Shown here in pieces: positions 16,789 to 30,332 of a stretch of DNA of 64,000 nucleotides (positions within the stretch are counted from its first letter, which is position 1; the number at the start of each line of letters is the position of its first letter). This DNA comes from Eledone cirrhosa. Its lineage: Eukaryota. The translations under genes were made by a program, and so were the position numbers. The notes under the pieces are model-generated. The model worked only from the letters and a program-made list of their open reading frames with translations. It did not search any database and had not been told where the DNA came from. The DNA lies in the NCBI GenBank assembly GCA_964016885.1, contig OZ024753.1, positions 45,632,001 through 45,696,000 of the forward strand, given 5' to 3'.

Positions 16789-17248
16789 GTATAATATATA
16801 CATATATTATATATATAATATATATATATATATATATGATATAATATGATATGATATGATATGATATGATACATATCTATCTATGTATATACTATTTAGA
16901 ATTCAACGTCTTCAGGGATTGAATTAGATGTTATTTCCTATTTTAACTATTTTTTTCTTCCCTGTCGTAGCTATTTCATGGTTTGAATACTGATACTGAA
17001 GGATTCAATTACTATATTCCTTATACAATATATTTAAGAAGCAAGGGCAACACAGAATGGAGCAAATATCGATTGTGTTTGACAGAGGAATTGATCCGAA
17101 TATCAGGCAATGATATAATGGAATAAATGTATGGAATTTGAATTATAACTTACATGTCTACATAAATACTTCCACACAACTAGAAATATCCTCCACTATT
17201 TTTCTCCCTCTCCCCCTTTCTCTCTCATTCTTTCTATCTATCTATCTA

Positions 17249-17279
<31 letters not shown>

Positions 17280-17424
17280 TTATATATTTATACATCTATA
17301 TCTATCTATATATATTCTATATATATATATTTATATATATATAAGTATGTAACATATATATATATAAATATGTAACAGCCGTACTAAGAGTGAGAAGTGA
17401 AATTTCGTTTCATTTTCATTTTGT

Positions 17425-17462
<38 letters not shown>

Positions 17463-17471
<9 letters not shown>

Positions 17472-17557
17472 TAACAGATTAAAATAAGAGATTAAAGTTT
17501 CGGAAGATCCTGTTAAGGGTGAAAGCACCGATTCTTTGCTTACACTTTAATATGTTA

Positions 17558-17566
<9 letters not shown>
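17463..17566 (+). mobile_element. Short HHR-bearing insert with 14-bp terminal inverted repeat inside (TA)n
   Basis: Ends ATATTAAAATAACA and TGTTATTTTAATAT; pure (TA)n on both sides; contains the decayed HHR 17491-17551. Confidence 0.6.
17491..17551 (+). pseudogene. Decayed hammerhead ribozyme (core U4>G)
   Basis: Stem I ATTAAAGTTT / ACACTTTAAT (9 of 10 paired); core CGGAAGA instead of CTGAAGA at 17501-17507; stem II TCCT/AGGG; GAAA 17521-17524; stem III GCA/TGC; CTT triplet. Confidence 0.65.
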
Positions 17567-17623
<57 letters not shown>

Positions 17624-17628
<5 letters not shown>

Positions 17629-17722
17629 GAGCTTCTACAGGACTAGAACTGTTTCATAGCTCTGCTATGTATTGAGTACCTTACTTACTGTGGTTACCTC
17701 CGATTCAACCTGGAATAACTTA
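17624..17722. mobile_element. Internally deleted family A element
   Basis: Minus-strand 3' half of the HHR (ATGAAACAGTTCTAGTCCTGTAGAAGC) joined to a plus-strand tail TATTGAGTACCTTACTTACTGTGGTTACC that matches the reverse complement of about 8341-8400; flanked by (TA)n and (CT)n. Confidence 0.75.
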
Positions 17723-17755
<33 letters not shown>

Positions 17756-18197
17756 GAGTGTGTATGTATATAAAAACAAAAAAGAACGTATTCAGCAGAC
17801 TTGTTAGTGCAGTCATGATCACAGACTATTTGACCTCTTTCAAAGTTTCTTTGAAAATCTATATTACTTCTTTAACACTACAATAAATGATATAGATTCA
17901 GAAAATATCTTTACTGGAGGCAAACTGTAACTCTATCTTTTACAATATGATTGAACATAGTTTCTTTATAAATGTTACAAACTTAGGTAGATTGTGTACG
18001 ACTCCATATAATAACGCTGACATATTTCTATCTACGTCATGTAGCTGCTATTTGTTATCATTTGTTCAGAGAAATTCAACGCAGAACATATGTGTAAAGG
18101 GTTTTACTAGCGATAAACAGAATCCTATGTAATTTATTATGCATCGTGTCAACAAGTGAGGTTTTTAATAAATATATCCTACGTAATTGTGAACATC

Positions 18198-18251
<54 letters not shown>

Positions 18252-19370
18252 GAGAATATTGTGGCTGTGTAGTTGCTAGTAACTAGTAAGTTAGGCTTAA
18301 AATGGAATGAGAGGAAGAAGAAAGCAAGCAAGAGGGGGGGGGGGGTTATATATATATATAGTTATTTATAATATATATACATGTACGTATGCTTACATGC
18401 ATAAATATATATATACACACCCGTTTAAACATAATATACATACAAATATACATACATAAAAGTGTACATTACAGGAAGTGTACAAGATATGTAAGGCATT
18501 GCAATAATTTAGAATGTAATAACGGCTTATAAACACGTATACATAATGAAACGTATGGCTATGGGTATATATAGAAATATAGAAATCCTGACGTGCAATG
18601 ACATCCATATATTCACACAGAGACACACACACATAGACGCATTCATAATTATATATTAAATGTTGTCTCAATCCTAATGTAAGAGTCTCATTCTTGTATT
18701 TATCTTGTATTTATCTTGTACTTATCTTGTATTTATATATTATGGTTCTTTATATATTTCTGTCCTATTGTACCGACAGTCTGCACGCATGTGTGAACAT
18801 GTATATGTACGCGTGTATTTGCAGAGAGAGATAGAGAGAGAGAGAGACTGACGATGGGTCTTTGTCCAGTTTACAAGACTTTAGTTGTAAAAACTTGTTT
18901 ACTTTGCAGCTTTTGTAGAAGACACTAGCAATCGAACCCTACCAACGTGCTTCCTAAACTGTCGTTTTAACTCTCTTCCCTTGTCTACATCTATATATGA
19001 AAATTAGAAAACATTTGTTCAGGTCTTCTAAAGACATGTATTAAATAAATCAATAATGTAATATCGAATGAAATCTAAATAATTAGGATGATTAACAAAC
19101 CTCTAATCAAGTAATCAATGTAGAGACAATCTGTTTTTATCTATTTATTTGTTATTGTTTCTCTTTTTTAAGGGGGGGGGGTCTCTAACTTTTATCGTTT
19201 GAACCAGGTAAACCTCCACACCTGTGTATTTCAGTCATATCTATTTGTTTTTTATAGATGACATCTTTTTAAATAAAGATATTTGTGATTAAATGTCGCC
19301 AACTACGTCACAGTGGAAATAATCAATTATACAGAACTCGTCAACACACACACATATATATATAGAGAGA

Positions 19371-19717
19371 GATTTTGAGTATAAGTTGGTTGTATACCAA
19401 CACCTCAGTATGCCGCTGGAGCACTCGACGAAGTGCGCAGGTTGGTTTGGTTACTCCGGAGTAATGTAAAATAAAGTTAAATAAAGTTAAATAAAAAGTC
19501 ATATGATTCCAGTTCCTCAGTGAAATAACAACCCAACAAGAAACTGGGCATATCAGAGTATTGACAAAATTATACACCTCAACAACATATGTACTTGTCT
19601 ATACCACACTAATTCAAACTGCCTGAAGAGGTCACAGCCAAAGATAGCTGTCACTGAAATATATATAGCAGTAATAAACGAAGCTAAATTTTAAACATTT
19701 GACTTTTTATTTAACTT

Positions 19718-19724
<7 letters not shown>
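19371..19724. mobile_element. Fold-back Penelope-like element carrying HHR 19618-19672
   Basis: TAAAGTTAAATAAAAAGTCA (about 19482-19501) is the reverse complement of about 19700-19719; terminal motif GTCGAGTGCT on the minus strand at 19420-19429; (TA)n flanks. Confidence 0.7.
19618..19672 (+). ncRNA. Minimal type I hammerhead ribozyme with palindromic stem/loop III
   Basis: Stem I ACTGC 19618-19622 / GCAGT 19668-19672; core CTGAAGA 19623-19629; stem II GGTCACAGC/GCTGTCACT (8 of 9 paired, one G-U); GAAA 19656-19659; palindromic TATATA 19660-19665; cleavage predicted after A19667. Confidence 0.88.
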
Positions 19725-19748
<24 letters not shown>

Positions 19749-21532
19749 AGAGAGAGCGAGAGAGAGTACCATTTGGTGATTAGTAATATATCACTTTTGG
19801 TTCCAACTTTTGAGGTAATCAACCCCAGTATCGCAGTTGTTTTTAATCGATCTGCGAGACGCGTGTTACGCGTGATTACGTAGAAAATATTTTAAACTGA
19901 CTCTTCGATCACTCATTTTTAGGATGTGTGTGTATAGGAAAAAACAACAACATTTTATTGAATAATATTGACTGATAGGATAAAAGTGGTAATCATAGCT
20001 TTTTTTCAGTAGACTATGCAGAAATTAGTATTCTAGCAGTGATTGATGCCGAAACACCCCAGAAGATTCTGGAAGTTACTATAGAAATCATCCCTGTCTA
20101 CGGAACATAAACATGCACAACACCAAAACCCTAGTTTCAAACACCTCCTGTAACTTCTCCCCATATCCATCCACTAAGTGATTTCATTGCAGAATCTCTG
20201 AGTTCTCGTGTGTATCGACGCTGCTGTTCACATTACAAAGAAAACTTCTTCCCCAACTTCTTTTAGAAATTAGTTTTGGTGCTATTCACATATTTATGTC
20301 TATATTGTTAAGCATACACGCCCTATACATGACATTAGGTTTACAACATGTCATTAGTTACACTGTAATACATCCCTGTATGTTATACAGCTTTTATATA
20401 ATAATGCAGATATAAAGATAGGTTTCCGCTGCATTATACCGAAGTTAGAATCAAATAGTTTCATTTCTTGGATCCTGCTTGTGAAGCGTTCAATGTTGAG
20501 AGAGACAAAGGAAATGGCTTCCAACCATATTGACAGCGTTTTATATCATTCTGTTACGCAACCAATGTATATTATGTAGGCGTTTTGTACTAAACAAATG
20601 TTAATTTCTATCTTGCTCTATTTGATGCACTTTAAAAAAAAAAAAGAAATAAGAATTTAAAAGAAAATGATTCTCTGCTTTATGTTTGCTCGGGCACATT
20701 AAATATGTCTTACATATATGTAAACACCATCTTAACATTTGCATCTATGGTGGATCATCTTTATTGTATTTTCTCAAAAGATAAAATAACGGAAATAACA
20801 GTAAATTTCAAATGAAGCATGTGTAAATTATAGGATTATGGCTAAAACTAGATTTTTAAGAAAAACTTCTTAACAAAAATATATATTTAAACTAATCTAT
20901 CGCCATCATATGTTGTCTTTATTTACACACTAGCTATGAAATTATTTCACATTTCTTAAATTCCCGAAACATATTGATCTAATATTTTACGTATAAGAAA
21001 TAAATAAAAAAAAATCAATTGTTATCAATACTTCTACATTTTCCACTCCTATAGCTTATCTATATCATAATCCATAATTTTAACGATCATTTAATAATAA
21101 TGCAGCGGCGAAATTTAATCAAAGTTTCTCTCGGATAATCCTATAATAGATTGAGATTGGAATTATAATTATTTCTTCTCCTCATAGATAATCAATCATC
21201 TATTAACAACCGTACAAAATATTTTTTAGATATATTTTTACATTTTTCATTATATTTCAGAGTAAGACGAAATTTCATTGTAAGAAATTATTTTTCTTAC
21301 AATGAAATTTAATAACATAATCTTACATATCTTGTTAGGGCTAATTTATTCTGTTTTACAATAATTATCTATTTTTAATAACAAGATATTTCTAATTATC
21401 AGATCAAATTAACATTGTAATTAACACATATAACAACGTTAAACAAGATAAAACGTAGGAATTATATTAGTGATTTCTCATTTAGGAAGTAGTCATGTAA
21501 TGTTTGGTGAGAGGTACGTCATGTATACCAAC

Positions 21533-21612
21533 CTAATTATTTGACTGGTACTTCATTTTATCGACATCAGAGGGATGTAGGGGCAAAGTTAACCACAGCG
21601 GGATTTCAACAC
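21533..21612 (-). mobile_element. Degenerate SINE fragment
   Basis: ACTGGTACTTCATTTTATCGACATCAGAGGGATGTAGGGGCAAAGTTAACCACAGCGGGATTTCAAC aligns to the family core. Confidence 0.65.
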
Positions 21613-21922
21613 ACAGCAGTGAGGGATTTGAGCGAATCTGGATCCTATCATTTGAAAGAACATTCACAATTTAAAAGCTTTCGTTGTCAGACTGTTGCAG
21701 TGCCCGATACAGGAATTGTATCAATGCACTTTTTTCTGTGAGTCGCTACGGAATTCAAATGGTGGCTATAGATGTAGGAATGGTAAAGATATTATAGAGC
21801 TTGACACATAATCTTTGAGCAATATGCTGATAAGTTCAATATACCTAATCTTATAAAAGCTTAAAAGAGAGACGCTTATGGAAATATGATGTGACGTAAG
21901 AGAAGTTGTTACCGAAACACAC

Positions 21923-21975
<53 letters not shown>

Positions 21976-24900
21976 TTATATAATATAAATACGTGTGTGT
22001 CTATGTGTGTTTGCGTGTGTGGTGCACAATTCTGTGTTTATAAACCAAGTAACAAAGTTTAAAACTGAAAATGGACGTAGGAGATTGATGAAATATGACA
22101 ACTATCAGAGGTAAACAATCTCAAACTCCACCAAGAGAACAAATATATTTCATCTTATGAAATATCATTTGACATGTTGCATTTATATTAACATATAAAT
22201 AAGTATTTTATTTCTATATTATTCGTTTAAAAGCCAACATGTTTACGCAAATGCATAAGTGCTTATGTAGAAATAACAAAGTGTCAAGTTTAGCATTACT
22301 TCACAATTACTCTGGATCCTCCGTCGTTTTCAGTGATGAGCAATCTACCGTTTGATCAACTAAATGTTGAACTACTGATTTACGTAAATACGTCGATCAT
22401 GTTTGAATATATGAAAGTATTTTGTATTAGATGTTCCATAACTTAGACAGTGACGTTTATGAAAGTGTAGACGATAGCTGTTTATCTCTTTAAATGTTCC
22501 TCCGTCCAGGAAATGCAACTGTTCTTGCTTCTGCTGCTGCTGATGATGATGATGATGATGATGACAATAGTGATGTTATAATGATGCCGCATAGATTTAT
22601 TCGTATCTTCGTATTTATATGTCTGGATATGTGAGCATGGATATGTTAGGGGGTTTACATGTATGTGCATGACTTCAATATAATGTAGCAACAGCCAACT
22701 AATAAGGTCTATAAATATACTTATTCCTCTACCAACACCCACCTTCCTATAACACATCTACATAGATATAAAGACGTAGGTGATATTTGAAATTACTCCC
22801 CATGTTAAAGATAATTTTCCCGAATTTCAAAAAAGATTAAACAAATATTCTTGAATCTCTTAAATTTCAAGTTGAAAACAAATTGTAAATAAATTCAATT
22901 ATTTTCTGTTTCTTTTATTAGAGAGTTAAGGATAACATCTTTTGAAACTTGAGTGGAAAATCGAAAGAGATGTTCCAGGTATACAGAATAAATATAAAAC
23001 AAAAAGTAACTAAAATATTTTCCTAATCTCTCAATGTGAAAACTAATAGTGAACAGTTTTGAAAGCAAATGAGTTAAAAAGTGAAGCAAGTAGCTCAACA
23101 TTTGAGCATTAAATATCGCCATTATCTTCAGAGCCTATTAAATGATGGTAACCATAAAAACTGGAGAAAACTACTTTAGAATGACTTATCTTGAAAGCAA
23201 TTAAATTGTGTTGAGAGGCTAACGAAGAATATAAATAAACTAAATTCACAAAATATTTTGTCAAGGAGAAAACACATCTGCATATATTCGAATCGATAAA
23301 TGTGTACCAACAGAGAAAACCGTGACAAGAGAGTCACGATGTATTAACAGAGTCTTCCTAATGTCGTATTCCAGCTTCATGTGAACCAATGGATACCTTG
23401 TGCAACTCTTCTTATTGATAACTGCATTGTTATTATATTCTCATATAATGACCATCACTTGGTCATTATATGAGAATATCTTGATCAGCCTATGAAGGAG
23501 TGATACTAAAGCTGTGAAATGGTACATGCATTGATTTCAACTCTTCATATTACTAACTGCATTGTTTCTTTCTGGGGACTATGTTAACAAATATACCTCA
23601 TTTGGTTATTCCATGAGAGTCTCTTCGTCAGCCTAGGAAACTTTCATCCAACCCTCATATAAAAAACACTACCTGCGATAGATCTATATAAAGAAATATT
23701 AGTGTTAAATATTCATGCAGGAGAATGTATTGGTCATAAACAATAACTAGAGCTGAAGATAAACATCATAAATCAAGGAAGAAATAATAATTCTAAACAT
23801 TACCGAAAATGAGAGAGAGAGAGAGGGGGGGGGGCGTTTAGAAATGAAATTAAATAAATCTAAAAAAGATAATATCATATGCAGAAAAAGAAATAATAAA
23901 TATTTATTTTCATAAATGTTTGCAAATACTATTTAAACTAAAACATGTAACAAAACAAGAAATTATACTAATTATCAAACTAATTATCTAAGGCGCTAAC
24001 ACGCAATTTCATATCTTAATTAAGTTAAGGTTAACATAGGTATGGCATGGAATGTTAAGACAAACTAAAGATAATTAATTATAATGTCAGACGAAACAAA
24101 AAATAGAAAAAACATAACAATATTATGTAACGAATAATCATGTTTGAGTTATTTGGCCACGTTCGGTAGATAATTCTGAACATGTTTCGATATTATGGGG
24201 AGATCATCAATGAAATATTAGATATTTCACTATTTATCTAAACCTCTATGAAAATATTAGATATTTCACAGAGGTTTTGATAAATACAGAGAAAAAAAAC
24301 GAAGGGACAACTGAGAAAGAAATATGGAGAGAAAAGAGTGAGAAGAGAACTAAATTATTTGTAGGAATTGAACTTAATTATTAAAATGAAACAAAAAATT
24401 ATCTAGGTATAGAATATTCCACATTTCGAGTTATTTAATGGAAAATCTATATAGCTTTACTTTCCGAACAAAAATAAAAAAAAATAGGCGAATACCACAT
24501 GGTTTAGCTTCATTATTTAAGAAAAGTAAAATCTACGCTGTTGAGAATTTCAACAATAAGAGCTAACTAATATATAATCTAAGAAAATGTGTTTCTAACA
24601 GCTTTTACGATGGAAACATAAAGACAAAAAAAAATAAACATTTAATTTAATTTAGGTTAGCTCTAACGAGATATGGCCTAGTATTGAACGAACGTATCAG
24701 CACTACCATATAATGGGTTATTGGGGGAAAGACGGAACTTAAAAGAAGAAAGAAATAATCATTTAAGAAATATATTTGACATTTTAAACAGTAAACAGGA
24801 CGGAGATAATTTGACTTCAGCAGAAGTTTTTAAGAAGCAATAAAAATTAGTGATGTTGGTGTGTAGGAGGATTGAAATAAAGACTAACAGATTAAATTAG

Positions 24901-25804
24901 TGATAGTTTCTTCAAAGAAGAGCGTGTATTATTATATATTAAAGTGCTAGCAGATATCGTTTTAAATATGAGAATACTAAAACGGTTAATTATCGTGTAT
25001 TCATTACCCCTTTTGTGTTTCTGTTTTATTTTTTATAACTACTTCAATGTCTTTTCTTCCCAAAGATTCTCCAAGAGAAGCAATTTGTAGGAGTTCTTTG
25101 AGATTAATTTAGCGTAAAAATTTGTAATTGCAAAGCGTGATGATGACAACCACTTTGTTCTACCTTTGCTATTAAACTAATTAAATAATTTTAACAGGCT
25201 GACTCATTTAACTGGCATTCTTTCCAATTAGGCATCTGCACACTTTACGTGACGTGTTGGTTCACCATGAGTGTGTATGTGTTTAATTCTGTGTGTATAT
25301 GTATGTGTTCGTGCACATGTGTATGTGCCAGTGTGTACTTCCATGTCGCTGTCTTACTGAGAGAGGGTATTATCATCGTTTTGGTCTTCGATTATATGAA
25401 TGTGTGTATCGTTAAGGCATTTAAAATTCAAGGTGGCTTCTTCGATTTGTATGTTTTCTACGGTTCGAAGGACTGTTATGTTTTATGAAGTATCCAAGCA
25501 TAAGGTATCGCAGTGTACTATTGTCCATTATCATGAAACAGAAATGTTAGACTAATATATATTTGAACAGAAATGGATATTAATACCTGCATGTTATTAT
25601 TATTAATGTTATATATATATATCTATTATTTTAGCATTCTTTTAAGAAATACATCACATATAGCCCCCCCCCCCCCTATATATATAATATTGGGTTCTAC
25701 AATGATATTTTAATAATGGTGATTCAAGGAAGTTTCACAATTTAGAATATGTAGTTCTCCATTTTACATTATTACAGTACGATATGTTTACACACACACA
25801 CACA

Positions 25805-25818
25805 CATATATATATATA

Positions 25819-25855
<37 letters not shown>

Positions 25856-25908
25856 TATGTATATATATATATTCTGTATGTATATATATATATTCTGTAT
25901 ATATATAT

Positions 25909-25939
<31 letters not shown>

Positions 25940-26195
25940 TATGTATATATATATATTATGTATATATATATATATTATGTATATATATATATATATATTA
26001 TGTATATATATATATATATATTATGTATATATATATATATATATTATGTATATATATATATATATATTCTGTGTATATATATATTCTGTGTATATATATA
26101 TATATTCTGTATATATATATATATATACACTGTATATATATACTACATATATACATACACATATACGTCATATATACATACACATATGTATATAG
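25805..26195. repeat. (TA)n array with TTATG/TTCTG interruptions
   Basis: Read directly from the sequence. Confidence 0.93.
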
Positions 26196-26440
26196 AAGAA
26201 TGATGGTGATGGTGATGACGATGATGGGGAAAAGATGAATGAAAACGCCAACAAATATAAGAATTATGGTGATTACAACAATTAAATTGTTACAGAAAAG
26301 TGTTGTATTGTAGATCAATATTGTGATGTTAACAGCAACGATATATCGATATACTTATGGGAGTCATTATTGACGGGATCAAATGTTAATGTGTCCCCCT
26401 TAACCTATCTACGACACTTTTAAGTAATGAAGAACGAATA

Positions 26441-26480
<40 letters not shown>

Positions 26481-28258
26481 TATATATATATATGTATATA
26501 TGTGTGTGTGTGTGTGTATATATATGTATATATATATATATATGTGTGTGTATATAGATATATATATATGCGTTTGTGTGTGTATATATATATGTGTATA
26601 TATATATAACTATATATATATATGTGTATATATATATATATAACTATATATATATATGTATATATATAGGTATATATATATATATATGTGTATGTATGTA
26701 TGTATCTATATATATATATATATATATGCGCAATATTGTTTTTTAAATATGTGTATTTACTAATTGGTGCAGTTTTGTCTCTGACAGAATGGAGTGGAGT
26801 CGTGCATACTGGAAGAGAGATTTTACCTTTGATCTTTGAACATGCACAAATAAACTCCGTTGACAAACTTCCCTGCAGAATATAGTACTGGATCATATTT
26901 CCTGAATTTGTTGCTGTCAAATATCACATTCCACAAGAAACATTAACTAGACTGATCCCTGTATATATTTAAGTAAATACGTAAATAAATATATATAAGT
27001 AATAATAAATAAATATATATAAGTAAATAATTCCATAAATAATGATAAAAAAATATATACTTAGATATAGTTAATAAATGCGATTCATTAAGTGCATTAA
27101 AGTTACATGAAATGTACTAAGAGCAGGAAAGGTCTATTAGGGATTCGTTTTTCGAATACGTGTAGAAAATGATTGAATGTTTCAAGTGGATACATGTGAT
27201 ATCCATTCAATAATAGTATATAACGAAGGCGGAGAATTACCAGCATAGTTACAACGTCCGACTGATCAAATTATATCTGTATAAATACACTGTGTAAACG
27301 AGACTGAACCAACACGTATAAATGTAGGCATGAAAATACGAATTTCTTTCTAGATTGAAAAAAATGATAAACATCTTTAACCGCTTTTCTGATCATATTG
27401 GACCCTCATCAGAGGACATGTATATCCTCCAAACAATCACAACAAATCATGTATTTGGTGCATGCTTCCTTGTGTTTGATAGTTTTTATTTTACAAGGAA
27501 ATTCGTATATTCTGGTATGTGTACATGCCTACATATTAGATATGTGTATATATTTATATACACTGCTGCAGTCTCGGTTAGATACTTTGTATTTATACAG
27601 ATATAACTTCATCATAAACTTTGGCAGTTAGGCAATTCTTATTATACATGTATATATACTCACACACTACTGTATACGTATATGTGTGTGTTGACATCTG
27701 GACAGTTAGTTTGTAAATTATACTGACTGTACGGAACATAGAATCCTGCATATCCCGTACTTAAAATTAATATATATGCATATGAGCGTCAACATGGTAA
27801 AAACGATTCGCATTTTACCAACCGCTATATCAGTGTGTGTATACGTGTGTGCGTGTGTGAAGGTTTGTGTGTGTGTGTGTTTGAAGGTTCCTGCGTGCGC
27901 CAGTGCATATATGCCTTTATATGATGATGTCCTTCCATGTTTGTGATACGTTTTTTTATTTAAGTGTGAAGACAAATTGATGCAAAAATATATGAAAGCA
28001 AATCCATACGAATGTCTCACTGAAATTGATATGCAAAGAGAAATATCCTAGCAATTAGTGTGGGCTTTTCCATATTAATTCAAGTTGGATTGACTTACAC
28101 TGGCATGAACGCCGAAGTATGACGTGATCTGATAGAACGCTTAGACTGGCAGCAGACTCCAAATCTAAAATGATATTTATGATCAGAGAGGCAGCTTCTA
28201 TGCAAAGAAACAAAGAGCCCATAGATTAGAGTCATATTAATAGGACACATATACAATA

Positions 28259-28408
28259 TGGCAGGAGTCTTTAAAACGTCGGATAGAATACTTTGAGATA
28301 TCTGCTTCGTCTCTCTGCCTTCTGAGTTCAAATCTCACTGATGTCAACTTTGGATTTCATCCATTCAAGATTAATGAAAAAAGTGCTAGTCTAATACTGG
28401 GGTCGATT
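28259..28408 (+). mobile_element. Degenerate SINE
   Basis: CTGAGTTCAAATCTCACTGATGTCAACTTTGGATTTCATCC...CTGGGGTCGAT; diverged relative of the family. Confidence 0.65.
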
Positions 28409-28440
28409 CTTCTTCTCTCTCTATATATACATATATATAT

Positions 28441-28660
28441 TAGAAAGTGAGGGTTTTTTTACAAAATGAAAAATAACCAAGGTGTCCTACACGAGTGAAA
28501 GTATAAAGAAAAAAAGATGAAATCGAAAATGCACTGGAGTCTTATTTAAAAAAATATATATATATTTATTTGGTTCCTTTACCGGTTTCGCAGTTCTTCT
28601 GCTTTTCAAAAGTAGAGTTGAGATGGAGGGTCTGTGGTTTTTCTCACATCGATTTCATCT

Positions 28661-28668
<8 letters not shown>
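28441..28668. mobile_element. Fold-back insert carrying decayed HHR 28575-28614
   Basis: AAGATGAAATCGA (about 28514-28526) is inverted at about 28649-28661; TA-rich flanks. Confidence 0.5.
28575..28614 (-). pseudogene. Decayed minimal hammerhead ribozyme (GAAACCGGTA type)
   Basis: Minus strand reads TACTT-TTGAAAA-GCAG AAGAA CTGC-GAAA-CCGG-TA-AAGGA: perfect 4-bp stem II, palindromic CCGG, GTA triplet; core has two changes from CTGAAGA. Confidence 0.6.
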
Positions 28669-28752
<84 letters not shown>

Positions 28753-28756
<4 letters not shown>

Positions 28757-28980
28757 TGGTCTTCCGAAAAGATTGGAAAAGACTACAGTTCTCAATGCAT
28801 TAGTAGAGAGGAAGCTTATTTATTTTATCTAGAAAGTACTTCTACAAAACTGGAACTGTTTAATTCATGAGAACACCAGTCCTGCACCAGATATATTAGA
28901 TAATGATGTTTACAGTCTACTAATGTATTGAGTACCTTTTTTAGCTTTTTTTACACCATATTTTACTCGCGATCTAGATA
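28753..28980. mobile_element. Diverged family A-related fold-back element
   Basis: Minus-strand decayed HHR near 28830-28880 (AAACAGTTCCAGTTTTGTAGAAG); 28753-28808 is the reverse-complement homologue of 36862-36927; plus-strand TATTGAGTACC 28926-28936; (TA)n flanks. Confidence 0.6.
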
Positions 28981-29030
<50 letters not shown>

Positions 29031-29661
29031 AGATGAGGCGGGGTTGTGTGTGACGTAGTGTAAGATTATGTTATGAAACAATAGAATTAAGCGAGACAAT
29101 TAGAGATTATGCAAATCATGGCACGCAAGAGTATTGTTGTAGTCTCTGGTGGTACATTTGAGGTTTTATTACAATATTCAAATATAATGTCAAGGTGAAA
29201 TATAACGAGAAGTAAAGCAATAAAAATGCAAATTGTACATCGTTTGGTCTGCGTAGGTTAATGAAGAAATAGAGGTCGCTGTAATAGTTTAATTAACTCA
29301 TTGCTTATATTATAAAAAGCAATTATATTTCTCTATGGACGTTTCTCCATTATTTAACAAAATTAGTATTTCCGATGCTTCAAACATCAATTTTATTTAT
29401 CTGATTAATTGAAATAGGAAGACTCTAACGTTGTTAGTGCATTAGTATATAGAACACTAACACGCTTCTTCTTTTTTCCTTTACTTCTTGGCACGTGGTC
29501 AAGACGTTTACGGGTTCGCATCTCCTCGGTGACACTTTGAGACGCTCTGTATAGTGTAACCGTGATTTGGCTACTGCATTCTGGGTAGAATTTGTGAAAT
29601 AGACCCAGTGCAACTCCCTTACTGAAATACATGTTTATAGCCATGATTATAGCAATAATAA

Positions 29662-29850
29662 TTGTTTCTCCTTTTGCCACAAGGCCAGCAATTATCCCAG
29701 TGTATTACTGGTTCTTTATTTTATCGACCCCGCAAGGATGAAAGGCAAAGTGAACCTCGGTGTGATTTGAACTCAGACCATTAAAAGGCGTAACTCTATG
29801 CCGTAAAGCATGGCGTCAGACCTTCTACCGATAGTGTCAATCTCTCGCCC
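29662..29850 (-). mobile_element. tRNA-derived SINE, near full length
   Basis: Reverse complement of the family consensus including the B-box (GATTTGAACTC on the plus strand). Confidence 0.87.
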
Positions 29851-30293
29851 TTTATAGAATAATAATTATCTCTAATTAAGGCGGCACAGGGTCAGCAAGG
29901 AGGAAGGGAAGGGAATGTCTATGACATCGATACCAGGAATCAAGTGACACATGTACGTGCTTGCCTGAGTATTTCTCAGCAAATATAGATTGCTATAATT
30001 TTTACTAGCACTCATGAATGTTCCGTTTTTTTTTTGTCTCACAAATGACATATATAGTTTCCTAACTACTCTTTATTAATAATATCATAAAATACCCCGT
30101 AGACTTTCGACATGTACTTCAATAAGTAGAAGATAGAATTAAGAATCCCAAAATGTTGCAATATTTCATTTCTATTCTTCCCTATATTTTTAATAAGCAC
30201 ATGCGATACAATATCTTTTACAAAATACCACTGTACACTTTAGAAATGTAAAACTATATATATATATATATATATACTTTAGAAATGTAAAAC

Positions 30294-30332
<39 letters not shown>

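Noticed and set aside
27360-27420. Minus-strand CTGATGA...GAAA
   Set aside because: Weak stem II and no stem I partner after any UH triplet.
29405-29680. 91-aa minus-strand ORF with a basic KGKKKKR stretch and a possible TTTCAG acceptor
   Set aside because: The start lies in a SINE tail, no domain is recognisable and the donor site is weak. It cannot be excluded as an exon without RNA-seq.
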